A stretch of DNA of 32,521 nucleotides from a virus. The stretch is from positions 1 to 32,521 of IMG/VR virus record IMGVR_UViG_3300045988_012636. One strand, 5' to 3'. How positions within the stretch are numbered: the stretch's first letter is position 1; each line of letters starts with the position of its first letter. Shown in pieces: positions 24,112 to 31,800 of this stretch. The position numbers and the translations under genes are program-made. The notes under the pieces were generated by a model, which was not told the DNA's origin, ran no database searches, and saw only the letters and a list, made by a program, of their open reading frames with translations.

Positions 24112-24252
24112 TTAATGTTCTGTACTCCATAGTAGCACGATGCGGTACGTGTCCAAACCTTTGCAGTTCGGGCACTTCAATGTGACCATCGTGTCGCGGG
24201 TGCAGGATCCTAGGTAGCGTCCGCAACGTTTGCAATGGATGTCATACGTCAT
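24112..24252 (-). CDS. Com-like zinc-ribbon protein (46 aa)
   Basis: Hand translation: MTYDIHCKRCGRYLGSCTRDTMVTLKCPNCKGLDTYRIVLLWSTEH, with two CxxC pairs arranged as in Mu Com. Its ATG (24252-24250) overlaps the portal TGA as ATGA. Confidence 0.6.
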   Translation of the reverse strand: MTYDIHCKRCGRYLGSCTRDTMVTLKCPNCKGLDTYRIVLLWSTEH

Positions 24253-26342
24253 GATTCGTCCTCCACTACTTCGTAGTCTTCGTAGCACCGGCAGTTGGGG
24301 TGTCCGTTCGGTGTTTGCATACTCTCGAAGTTGTTCACGTAGGTGCGCTCGCCGATTTCGACGCTGGCGTTCTCCGCCATATACGTGTCATCCAATGCGA
24401 TTCGCTTGCCTTCCATATGACGGCAGAACTCGCACACTTTGCCATCACCGGAAGTACGCCACACCTTGTCCAGTCGGACGCCGAGCGTCTCACTGAGATT
24501 GCGGGCGCTGTACAAGCTGCCGAGCCGTTGCGATTGCACCGTCTCGCATCGGGCAATCAGTTCGGCGTGATTATTACCCATACGTTCGAGCGCTTCGCGC
24601 AAGTGTTCGGCGTCCCACTGTTCCACGTCGGCACGGTTCAACAGTTCGAGCACGTCGTTCGTAATGGTCTTGCTGGTGGACTTGGCGATGCTACGCAAGT
24701 GTCCCACGTAGGCTTCACGCACGGTGTCGGGGAGTTCCGCCCAGAAGTAGAGTTGCCTCCAATCATCGGCGGTGTATCCCTCGACCTGCACGGCAATGGA
24801 GCTTTCCGGATGGACTTCAGCCCACATGGTAATGACCTGTTCCAGCTCGTAGCCGGTACGGCGGGCGTAGGCGGCGAGGTTCTTCATCAACTCGTCTTCC
24901 ACGTCGTTTATCCACTGGTCGCCGATATCCTCCAGATCGTCACGTAATCCGTTCTGGGAGCGGCGGGCCATGCGGATGATTCTGTCCACGTAGGTTCGCG
25001 TGGCTGGGAGGATACGGGTTTCGGTTGCCGTTTCCTGCGGTTTGATATTCCTCGCATATCGTTTCGCGGCTATTGGGATAGTCAGCGTCGGAGCCTGCTG
25101 GTGCAAGTCAAGACGCTTGTACGAGTCTGGGAGTCCGAGAGCGTCCACGGCAGATTCCAGACTGGCCCCCATGTTCACAAGCTGGGTCAGCGAGTCGATA
25201 CGTACCTTCTGTGTGTCGGCCTGCACCTTCTCTACGTCGGTTTGGGACGGCAGGTTGAGATCGAACGTGATGCCGTAGCCGAGTCCTCCGGTGATGCGGT
25301 CTAGCTCGAACTGCCATTTATCCCACACCGTCATACACAACGGTTTCAGCGTGTTTTCAATGAACGCGCGTTCCGCCTGTTCGGCGTTGGCATAGGTCTG
25401 ACCGTTATCGATACCTCGAATAATGTCCGGGACTGCCAGAGCGTTCGACAATCGGTTGTTAACCACGTCGTTCACGGTCTGCAAGTCCAGACTGTCGTTG
25501 GCGTTCTGGAACGGCACCCACACCAGCTTGCTGGTGGTGCTGGGCTTATGGGTCATGGGGTCAACCGGGATCATGTTGTAGACGATTCCGTTGTTGTTCC
25601 CAGCCCCTCGGAACGTGCTTTCCAACCGGTCGCGGTTGCGTTGAAAGTCCTCAGTGTTCTCCGACACGATGCCGAGCATTCCAGCGGGCACGGCGTTATT
25701 GCCGAAGAAACCACGCTCATAGTCGGCAATCATATCGTCAACATTCGCCCACTTCTTCACCGTCATTGCCGGTGCAATGCCCCGAGTGGGATCGTTCGGG
25801 TGCTGCGAGTAGCTGAGGGCGATGGTTTCATCACGGGAGAATTCGTAGACTCGTTCGCCATCACCCAAGTCCATAGTGACGCGATGGTACCAGTCGGAGC
25901 GTGTGGAATTGTATTGGCGGCTGTTCGACGGTAGTAGCGTATAGCCGATGATGTTGTCGGCTGTAATGTCTCCGCCCGGCCCGTTAGATGTCCAGATCAG
26001 AACATCCAAGTGGGATTGAGTGAGGATACTGGCGGAGATGAGTTTCAGGAATTCGAGGCAGCTATAGGTGTCGTTGGGCGCGTAGAGTGCGGCCAACGGT
26101 GCGGGAGCCGGGTCGATACGCCTGTTCTCCGCGTCCACGGCATAGGGGATTACCGTGCTGAACCGTTGGGCGATGGCGTTCACATAAGGGAACACGTTGT
26201 CGTAAGTATCATGCAGTGGGATGGTGTTGCCGCCCATTGGCTGCCAGATGTTCCCGCCCATCGGTGTGGGGGACATGCTGGGCGCATGGTTACGGTCGAA
26301 CGCGCTCATAAAACCTTCACGGAGATTGTTCAGCAGGCTCAC
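24249..26342 (-). CDS. Portal protein fused to a MuF/SPP1 gp7-like head morphogenesis domain
   Basis: 697 aa. The C-terminus ...KVCEFCRHMEGKRIALDDTYM...NGHPNCRCYEDY is the Phage_Mu_F signature. The N-terminal ~450 aa are portal-sized and directly follow terL. Starts with GTG. Confidence 0.8.
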   Translation of the reverse strand: MSLLNNLREGFMSAFDRNHAPSMSPTPMGGNIWQPMGGNTIPLHDTYDNVFPYVNAIAQRFSTVIPYAVDAENRRIDPAPAPLAALYAPNDTYSCLEFLKLISASILTQSHLDVLIWTSNGPGGDITADNIIGYTLLPSNSRQYNSTRSDWYHRVTMDLGDGERVYEFSRDETIALSYSQHPNDPTRGIAPAMTVKKWANVDDMIADYERGFFGNNAVPAGMLGIVSENTEDFQRNRDRLESTFRGAGNNNGIVYNMIPVDPMTHKPSTTSKLVWVPFQNANDSLDLQTVNDVVNNRLSNALAVPDIIRGIDNGQTYANAEQAERAFIENTLKPLCMTVWDKWQFELDRITGGLGYGITFDLNLPSQTDVEKVQADTQKVRIDSLTQLVNMGASLESAVDALGLPDSYKRLDLHQQAPTLTIPIAAKRYARNIKPQETATETRILPATRTYVDRIIRMARRSQNGLRDDLEDIGDQWINDVEDELMKNLAAYARRTGYELEQVITMWAEVHPESSIAVQVEGYTADDWRQLYFWAELPDTVREAYVGHLRSIAKSTSKTITNDVLELLNRADVEQWDAEHLREALERMGNNHAELIARCETVQSQRLGSLYSARNLSETLGVRLDKVWRTSGDGKVCEFCRHMEGKRIALDDTYMAENASVEIGERTYVNNFESMQTPNGHPNCRCYEDYEVVEDES

Positions 26343-26400
26343 AGTTTCCTCGATTCATAATAAATCCTATGTCTAGTCTACCGGTGGGCAGGGCTTAAAC

Positions 26401-27660
26401 CTAGCAGACAGCGACATCCCAAGATGGCAGCTTCGGAGGTTCATAGCAGGCAAGCAATACGGCGTCCGCTAGATCGGGGCTGCCCAAGTTCTCCCGGTCT
26501 TTGTAATCCTGCTTGCTTTCGATCTGACGTTGGTTCCTGCTGGTGATTTTCCACCGTCGCGTGGTCAGTTCGTTTGAAAGTTTGGCGAAGTCCTCAAGAT
26601 TAGGGTTGATGCTCAATGATGGCAGCATGGTAGCGAAGTCGAACCATAGTTCGCTGGCAATATTCGGATACTGCTGGTCTTTCGCCTTACCAGCGTAGTT
26701 GATGGCGTCAACGGGCAGGCCGTTTACCTTGAGCAGGTCTGTCAAGCCTCCGCCCACGCCGGTATCGTCCACGCGGATGGCGACTGGCTTGTACTGGGAG
26801 GCCCGGAGTTTGATGCGTTCCGCAGTGTCCACGATACTGCTGTGCGTCCACGACTCCAGAATGCTGATTCGGTTGCCTTGTTTGATGCAGAGCGCTGTGC
26901 GGTCGTTGCCGTATCGGGCCACGTCCACGCCGAACGTCACGAGCCCGGTCAATGGTTCGCGTTGGACGGCTTCCCCTATCATGGTGTCGCTGATTAGCTG
27001 GTTATCGGTGTCGGAGTACGGTAAGCCTAGCCATATGTGCGCGTAGTCGGCGGATTGCTGGTCGGCGTGGATCATGTCCAGCACGTCTTGACTTAACAGT
27101 CTGCGAATATCGTTGTAGGTGGTGTGCCAGTGGCATGTCTGGCAGCGGCGTTCCTCCGAGTCGCCCGTGATGAAGTACGTCCATACTGGATCATGCGAAG
27201 TGAGCGGGTTCCAAGTGAAGATAAGAGTACTGTTGGGGCGGCGTATCGTCGGGATGAGAGTGGTCAAGCTTTCCTTGCTGATGGTCTGCGCTTCCTCAAC
27301 CCAACACACGTCCACGCCCTCGATACTCTTGATCGATTGCAGATTATTGTGCAAGCCACGGAAGATGAACATGCTGCCGTTGATATGGCGGATTGCGTCG
27401 CGCGTGACCTCGAAGCCCTTCACGCCGAACGATTCGATAGTGTCGGCCAGCAGCTTATACACGGAGTCGGTGATACTGTTCTGGAATTCTCGGGCGCACA
27501 ATACCGTGATGGGTTGGGTGGCGGCGCGAAGTATGAGACTCTGCGCCACGCTCGTACTCTTGCCCGAAGCTCGTCCACCGGAATAGCAGTAATACCGGTA
27601 TGGTGGCGTCTCTGAGTGGAGCCACCACCATAAGTCCCGGTACGGTTTAGCTATCTTCAT
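26401..27660 (-). CDS. terL: Terminase large subunit (PBSX/Terminase_3 type)
   Basis: Walker A YSGGRASGKST, Walker B-like VDVCWVEEA, and a C-terminal nuclease region. Confidence 0.9.
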   Translation of the reverse strand: MKIAKPYRDLWWWLHSETPPYRYYCYSGGRASGKSTSVAQSLILRAATQPITVLCAREFQNSITDSVYKLLADTIESFGVKGFEVTRDAIRHINGSMFIFRGLHNNLQSIKSIEGVDVCWVEEAQTISKESLTTLIPTIRRPNSTLIFTWNPLTSHDPVWTYFITGDSEERRCQTCHWHTTYNDIRRLLSQDVLDMIHADQQSADYAHIWLGLPYSDTDNQLISDTMIGEAVQREPLTGLVTFGVDVARYGNDRTALCIKQGNRISILESWTHSSIVDTAERIKLRASQYKPVAIRVDDTGVGGGLTDLLKVNGLPVDAINYAGKAKDQQYPNIASELWFDFATMLPSLSINPNLEDFAKLSNELTTRRWKITSRNQRQIESKQDYKDRENLGSPDLADAVLLACYEPPKLPSWDVAVC

Positions 27661-27666
27661 ACTCTC

Positions 27667-28299
27667 TTAGTCTAGAGTCTTCGCCCATGCGATGACGTGG
27701 CGAGTAATCAGCGGGAACACGATGACTTCTACGACGATCTTAAGCGCGTATGTGAGGATGATATTCTGCAAATTTGCCATGATGCTGTAGGAGACTCCAT
27801 ACATCAAGAGCGTGACTACGATGGTATCCACCAAGCCTCCTGCGATGGTGGACAGGATGCAACGAGTGAACAAACCACGTTCTCCCATATGGTCATGCAT
27901 TCGGCTCATGATCAAATCGTTGGTGAGCGTGCCGAGGAAGAACGCAGCCATAGACGCTACGACCATCCACGGAGCAAGAGTGAATATCGAGTCGAACGCG
28001 CTTTCCAACGTGAATTCTGGGGCGGCTGGGACTATGGCCACTATGCTGAGTAGAAGCACGGCGTAGATGTTGCACGCCATCGCCAGCAAGCGTAAGCGTA
28101 GCGCTTTCTTGAACCCGTAGACTTCCGCTGCCATATCACTCGCCACATAGTCAACTACGATTGTGATAATGCCTCCGCCAAGCGTAAGACCGAAGAAGCT
28201 TTCCGTTTTGATGGCGCTCAGGTTGGCGGTAATCAAGCTGGCGGCGCTGAGGGCGCAGAGGACAGCGTACAGGTTTTGCTTGTTGATTCGTTTGACCAT
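27667..28299 (-). CDS. yhhQ: YhhQ/DUF165-family queuosine-precursor (preQ0/preQ1) transporter
   Basis: Polytopic membrane protein with the family pattern: ..SLITANLSAIK.., ..SDMAAEVYGFKKA.., ..ASMAAFFLGTLTNDLIMSRM.., ..LFTRCILSTIAGGLVDTIVVTLLMYG... Confidence 0.8.
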   Translation of the reverse strand: MVKRINKQNLYAVLCALSAASLITANLSAIKTESFFGLTLGGGIITIVVDYVASDMAAEVYGFKKALRLRLLAMACNIYAVLLLSIVAIVPAAPEFTLESAFDSIFTLAPWMVVASMAAFFLGTLTNDLIMSRMHDHMGERGLFTRCILSTIAGGLVDTIVVTLLMYGVSYSIMANLQNIILTYALKIVVEVIVFPLITRHVIAWAKTLD

Positions 28300-28316
28300 T
28301 TTTTTCAGTTCCTTCG

Positions 28317-28568
28317 TTAGAGGGGAGGATGGTTATGAACTCCCATTCGCGCCCATTTTACCTCGTAGTGTCGTTGCATCCGAATCAGGTCGTCGTAGCA
28401 GGCAATGAGTAAATCACTCCGGTTAGTGCGGGTCTGTTCTCGGCTTACCTTGCGCCCTTTGTAAGTCCCGTAGATGGTAGGCGTCTTCCACGATGCGCTG
28501 TCCACGCTGTCGAATGGAACCTTGTCCAGCACTTTTTCCGCGTCATGCCGAGGCAGTGCAGCCAGCAA
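28317..28568 (-). CDS. dpdA: DpdA-like DNA 7-deazaguanine transglycosylase, C-terminal fragment (frame -1 relative to the N-terminal part)
   Basis: Contains ..KVLDKVPFDSVDSASWKTP.., matching the conserved DS-x-x-W end of TGT/DpdA barrels. It has no independent RBS and its frame opens right after a TGA at 28569-28571. Confidence 0.7.
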   Translation of the reverse strand: MLAALPRHDAEKVLDKVPFDSVDSASWKTPTIYGTYKGRKVSREQTRTNRSDLLIACYDDLIRMQRHYEVKWARMGVHNHPPL

Positions 28569-29071
28569 TCATTCTTCCAAGCTTCCTTCAAGAAAATCAG
28601 ATACTGGTAGTCTTGAATGTCTTCGTTCTGGAACCCGGTGACGGCGGCTATCTGGTGTTCGCTGACCATTCGGTGATAGTCTTCGATTCCACGATTGCGA
28701 TGCCATACCGGAATGATCTTGTCCGCGTGCCCTGATTCGCGTTCCAAGATGCGTCGCAGCTTCAACACGTTTTCGTAGCCGATAATGTTGTCCACGTCCA
28801 TCTCGAAATAGCCTCGGATGCGTGGCGTATCGTTTTCGCGTATCCATTTGGCATAGTCGTGCGTGTACTGCTCCCAATCGACGTGTACACCTTTCTGGAA
28901 GCTGTGAGCGCCACTATCTATGATCGAATCTGCTACTAAGTGAATATCGAATTTGCTTTTACGCAAGTAGAAGTATGAACACAGCAAGTGTTGGAGCTTA
29001 CCCTTATTGCTGAGCAGCTTTATAATATCGTCGGGTATTCCGGTTTCGAATGCGCTACCATAAATAATCAT
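28445..29071 (-). CDS. dpdA: DpdA-like DNA 7-deazaguanine transglycosylase (TGT family), N-terminal fragment
   Basis: MIIYGSAFE.., ..SIIDSGAHSF.., ..IPVWHRN.. and ..CWLHCLGMT.. resemble DpdA/TGT barrel motifs. After the A5 run (28537-28533) the translation degenerates (RKKCWTRFHSTAWTAHRGRR..). Confidence 0.7.
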   Translation of the reverse strand: MIIYGSAFETGIPDDIIKLLSNKGKLQHLLCSYFYLRKSKFDIHLVADSIIDSGAHSFQKGVHVDWEQYTHDYAKWIRENDTPRIRGYFEMDVDNIIGYENVLKLRRILERESGHADKIIPVWHRNRGIEDYHRMVSEHQIAAVTGFQNEDIQDYQYLIFLKEAWKNDCWLHCLGMTRKKCWTRFHSTAWTAHRGRRLPSTGLTKGAR

Positions 29072-29592
29072 CAGTCAGCTTTCGTGAAGTGTTCTTTTCG
29101 GTCGATGTGCCCGCAGGATGGGCATTTCAGCATTACGTGTTCCGGCTCGTCGTATTCGTCTTCAGTTAAGTCTGGTACGTCTTGAAAATCGATTTGTGGT
29201 AGGTCGAACCCGTAATAGTCCATGTCGAAGTCAGCAGTGAGGTCTTCCAGTTCCACACCGAGCATATCCGCGTCCCAACCAGTGTTCATGGTGAGCTGGT
29301 TGTGAATGAGGGTGTAGGCTCGGCGTTGCGAGTCGGTCAGATCATCAAGACAAATGACCGGGCATTCCTCGATATTGAGTTTCTGCAAGGCGAGTACCCT
29401 GCCGTGGCCCTCAACAATGACCGGCGTACCATCCTTGTCATGCCAGACAGCCACCGGATCGTTCATACCGAACTCACGGATACTTGCAGCGATCTGTGCC
29501 ACCTGCTCGTCGGGATGCTGTTTCGCGTTCCGAGCATAGGGAATCAGGTCACTGGTCTTCATGGTTTGGACTTGCAAACGTGGTTTACTCAT
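29071..29592 (-). CDS. ParB N-terminal-domain (ParB-like nuclease/NTPase) protein
   Basis: KTSDLIPYARNAKQHPDEQVAQIAASIREFGMNDPVAV...VEGHGRVLALQKL is the ParBc pattern. It has an acidic C-terminal region with one CxxC. It is coupled to terS (TAATG) and to dpdA (TGATG). Confidence 0.8.
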   Translation of the reverse strand: MSKPRLQVQTMKTSDLIPYARNAKQHPDEQVAQIAASIREFGMNDPVAVWHDKDGTPVIVEGHGRVLALQKLNIEECPVICLDDLTDSQRRAYTLIHNQLTMNTGWDADMLGVELEDLTADFDMDYYGFDLPQIDFQDVPDLTEDEYDEPEHVMLKCPSCGHIDRKEHFTKAD

Positions 29593-29981
29593 TATTCGCC
29601 ATCCTTCTTGTTCTCGGGATTATCATCAAACGGTTCCAACACGATGCGCGGCGGCTCGTAGCCGGTCACGTTCACGTCGGTGGACTGGTGCGGCTTACCG
29701 TCCAAACGGTCAATCAGGTCGGTAGCGACCTTCGGGTTCTTCTCCGCGTCCAGAATATGCTTGACCGCGATACGTTGGATCATGGTCAGGGTGGGGTCTT
29801 TGGCTTTCTCAGCGAATTCCTTTGCGGATAGTTTCCCGTATTCGCGTATCCACCGGGTTGGGCTGGTGTCTTTCGTCCATGTGCCTCGGTCTTGTGGGCG
29901 TTCTTGGAAGCCGCCTTTGCCGGTTGGATTGTTGATGCCTCCGGTGATTCTGCCGTGTGCGTCTCGGGTTACGTTGCTCAT
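29592..29981 (-). CDS. terS: Terminase small subunit (putative)
   Basis: GGINNPTGKGGFQERP.. plus ..TMIQRIAVKHILDAEKNPKVATDLIDRLDGKPHQS.. resemble small-terminase/DUF5681-type proteins. It lies in the packaging region. No SD precedes the ATG. Confidence 0.6.
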   Translation of the reverse strand: MSNVTRDAHGRITGGINNPTGKGGFQERPQDRGTWTKDTSPTRWIREYGKLSAKEFAEKAKDPTLTMIQRIAVKHILDAEKNPKVATDLIDRLDGKPHQSTDVNVTGYEPPRIVLEPFDDNPENKKDGE

Positions 29982-30044
29982 AAGAGGTTATTTTATGCTT
30001 TCTTGGGTTTAGTTTGTTGTTGTTGGTTGATGGGGCATGATGGT

Positions 30045-30203
30045 TTAGGCGAGGATGTAGGTTATGAGGAGTTTGAGTAGGGCTATGGTGCCGGTGGTGA
30101 TGAGGAGTACGGTTAGGGTGATGAGTAGTATGCCGAGGATGCGGCCTAGCTTGTAGCCGGGTGTGGTGTTACGGAAGTAGTCGAATTCGCTTGGTTTCTT
30201 CAT
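30045..30203 (-). CDS. Small membrane protein (52 aa)
   Basis: MKKPSEFDYFRNTTPGYKLGRILGILLITLTVLLITTGTIALLKLLITYILA. It overlaps the rusA stop as ATGA. Confidence 0.55.
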   Translation of the reverse strand: MKKPSEFDYFRNTTPGYKLGRILGILLITLTVLLITTGTIALLKLLITYILA

Positions 30204-30649
30204 TGGTTTGGTTTCCATGTGATTGTGAGGAATACGCCGGTGGGGGTGTCGTCGGCGTATCGTTTGTGGCTGGTTACGTCGGTGATCTGACAGTCGTCGT
30301 GCCAGATGTGGGTTTCGGTGATGGCGTCGTATAGGGCGCGTTGGAGTTTGTCGATGTCTGGTTTGACGGTTGGGTGTTTGCGTTTTCTTGGTGGGATGGT
30401 TTTGGGGCGTGGGAGGTAGAACGTTGTTTCTACGGTCACGTATGAGTCGTGGGGAATGGTTGGGTGTTCGTGGCTGAGGATGGTGTCGCGTACATGGTCG
30501 CGCCACGGGCGTTCTTTTTTGTCCATTGGTATGAGACGGGTTACTGGTTTACCGGTGGTGCGGCTCCTGCCGGTGATTGGCCGGTAGGAGCCTTTACTTG
30601 CGGGTATGCCGGGAACGAACAGGCTGAATGAGTATGGTTCGCCGGTCAT
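30200..30649 (-). CDS. rusA: RusA-family Holliday junction resolvase
   Basis: ..FVPGIPASKGS.., ..TFYLPRPK.. and ..KPDIDKLQRALYDAITETHIWHDDCQI.. match RusA motifs. Its ATG at 30649 overlaps the upstream stop. Confidence 0.8.
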   Translation of the reverse strand: MTGEPYSFSLFVPGIPASKGSYRPITGRSRTTGKPVTRLIPMDKKERPWRDHVRDTILSHEHPTIPHDSYVTVETTFYLPRPKTIPPRKRKHPTVKPDIDKLQRALYDAITETHIWHDDCQITDVTSHKRYADDTPTGVFLTITWKPNQ

Positions 30650-31257
30650 TGGTTGACCTCCGCCAGATCGAATGTCGGTTGCGTTTCCGCCTTGAGTTTG
30701 AGCGTGCGCAGGATGTCGGCACGGTTGCTTTGATGCTTGTAGGCTAGTTGGTCTTGGCCGACGTATTTGAATCGTTGCCCGCAATTGTGGCAGAAGAGCG
30801 GGTCTGGGTTGTTCTTGTAGATTTCGAGAATTCGCTTGTAGTATTCTGCGTCGTTTTCTGCTTGTCCGTTGATGTAGCGTTGTGTGGTGTCTGGCCAGAT
30901 CAACGCTCCGCAACGTGGGCAGTATGAGACGGGTGGGATGCCGTCCACTGGTTTAGGACTGGCGGTGATGAACTTCATGGGCGTCCAGAAGTCTTCGGTT
31001 TTGCTGAGCATGTCCCGGTAGGTTTTCACGAAGCCTATGAGGTCGAATGATTCAGCGGTGAGATAGCGTTCGATGATGTCGAATTCTTCCATGCTGTTGA
31101 CGAATGCGTGTCGTTCCAGCAGGTAGAGCAGGGCGACCGGGATACTGTTGAGTTCGTTCGCGTCCTCGTAGTCATAGAGGGTTATGGTGGTGTCTTCGCG
31201 GTCGTCCTCGGGACAGTCCTGCCAAACTTTGACGTAGGCACGTTTCGTGAATTTCAT
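30646..31257 (-). CDS. Hypothetical protein with C-terminal zinc ribbon (CPRC...CHNC)
   Basis: 203-aa ORF containing two CxxC pairs. Confidence 0.6.
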   Translation of the reverse strand: MKFTKRAYVKVWQDCPEDDREDTTITLYDYEDANELNSIPVALLYLLERHAFVNSMEEFDIIERYLTAESFDLIGFVKTYRDMLSKTEDFWTPMKFITASPKPVDGIPPVSYCPRCGALIWPDTTQRYINGQAENDAEYYKRILEIYKNNPDPLFCHNCGQRFKYVGQDQLAYKHQSNRADILRTLKLKAETQPTFDLAEVNQ

Positions 31258-31266
31258 GATTACTCC

Positions 31267-31356
31267 TTAACTGATGGCGAATATGATGATAGGGGCGACG
31301 CACAGGCAGACCGTCAACGTGACCGCGAACAGGATTTCAAATGGGTTGTGTTTCAT
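31267..31356 (-). CDS. Very small membrane peptide (29 aa)
   Basis: MKHNPFEILFAVTLTVCLCVAPIIIFAIS. An AAGGAG RBS precedes it and it overlaps the upstream stop as ATGA. Confidence 0.4.
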   Translation of the reverse strand: MKHNPFEILFAVTLTVCLCVAPIIIFAIS

Positions 31357-31511
31357 TCGATGGTCTCCTTGTACGGGTTGTCGGTGGTATATTTCGGAAA
31401 GTCGCATTCTTGGTCTTTCCATCCGGCTGTGTAGCCTTTCTGCCATGCTTTGCGGCGTTCGTGTTCCAACCATTCCAAACTGCACATGGTTTCCGGTTTA
31501 TCGTGTCTCAT
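31353..31511 (-). CDS. Hypothetical protein (52 aa)
   Basis: AAGGAG RBS 5 nt before the ATG at 31511 (MRHDKPETMCSLEW...). Confidence 0.5.
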   Translation of the reverse strand: MRHDKPETMCSLEWLEHERRKAWQKGYTAGWKDQECDFPKYTTDNPYKETIE

Positions 31512-31773
31512 GATTTCTCCTTGTTGAGTTGTTTCGCCATCTGGCAGGATCGTTGGTCTGGCGTGGCGGTTTCCTTGTTGCTGCTGGGCTATGATGTCCA
31601 ATGCTCCCGAATCGCTTGTAGAATTCGCTGTCAGTCATGCCATACAGCGGATCCATGCCAGTTGTCGGTTTGCGCACGGCCAGCTTGAATCCGCAGTACG
31701 GGCAGGTCACGTAGTAGGTGCCGACGGTTTCGCCGCAGTGGGCGCATTCCACATACTTGATCGTCTTGCTCAT
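31498..31773 (-). CDS. Zinc-ribbon protein (MSKTIKYVECAHCGETVGTYYVTCPYCGFKL...)
   Basis: Two CxxC pairs. GGAAGGCGG RBS. It is a paralogue of the gene at 32359-32499. Confidence 0.6.
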   Translation of the reverse strand: MSKTIKYVECAHCGETVGTYYVTCPYCGFKLAVRKPTTGMDPLYGMTDSEFYKRFGSIGHHSPAATRKPPRQTNDPARWRNNSTRRNHETR

Positions 31774-31797
31774 TCGTTTACCGCCTTCCACGCCAGT
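31689..31797. repeat. Direct repeat copy B (paralogous 5' end plus RBS of the zinc-ribbon gene)
   Basis: Aligns by hand with 32411-32521 continuing into 56-57. The core at 31741-31797 matches 1-57 at 55/57 positions, and flanking similarity is patchy. The copies are 722 bp apart. Confidence 0.8.
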
Positions 31798-31800
31798 CGC

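Noticed and set aside
29071-29592. ParB-like protein as a plasmid-prophage partition system
   Set aside because: There is no ParA/Walker ATPase partner and no parS-like repeat cluster. The protein is only an N-terminal ParB domain with an acidic tail and is embedded in the packaging/modification operon.
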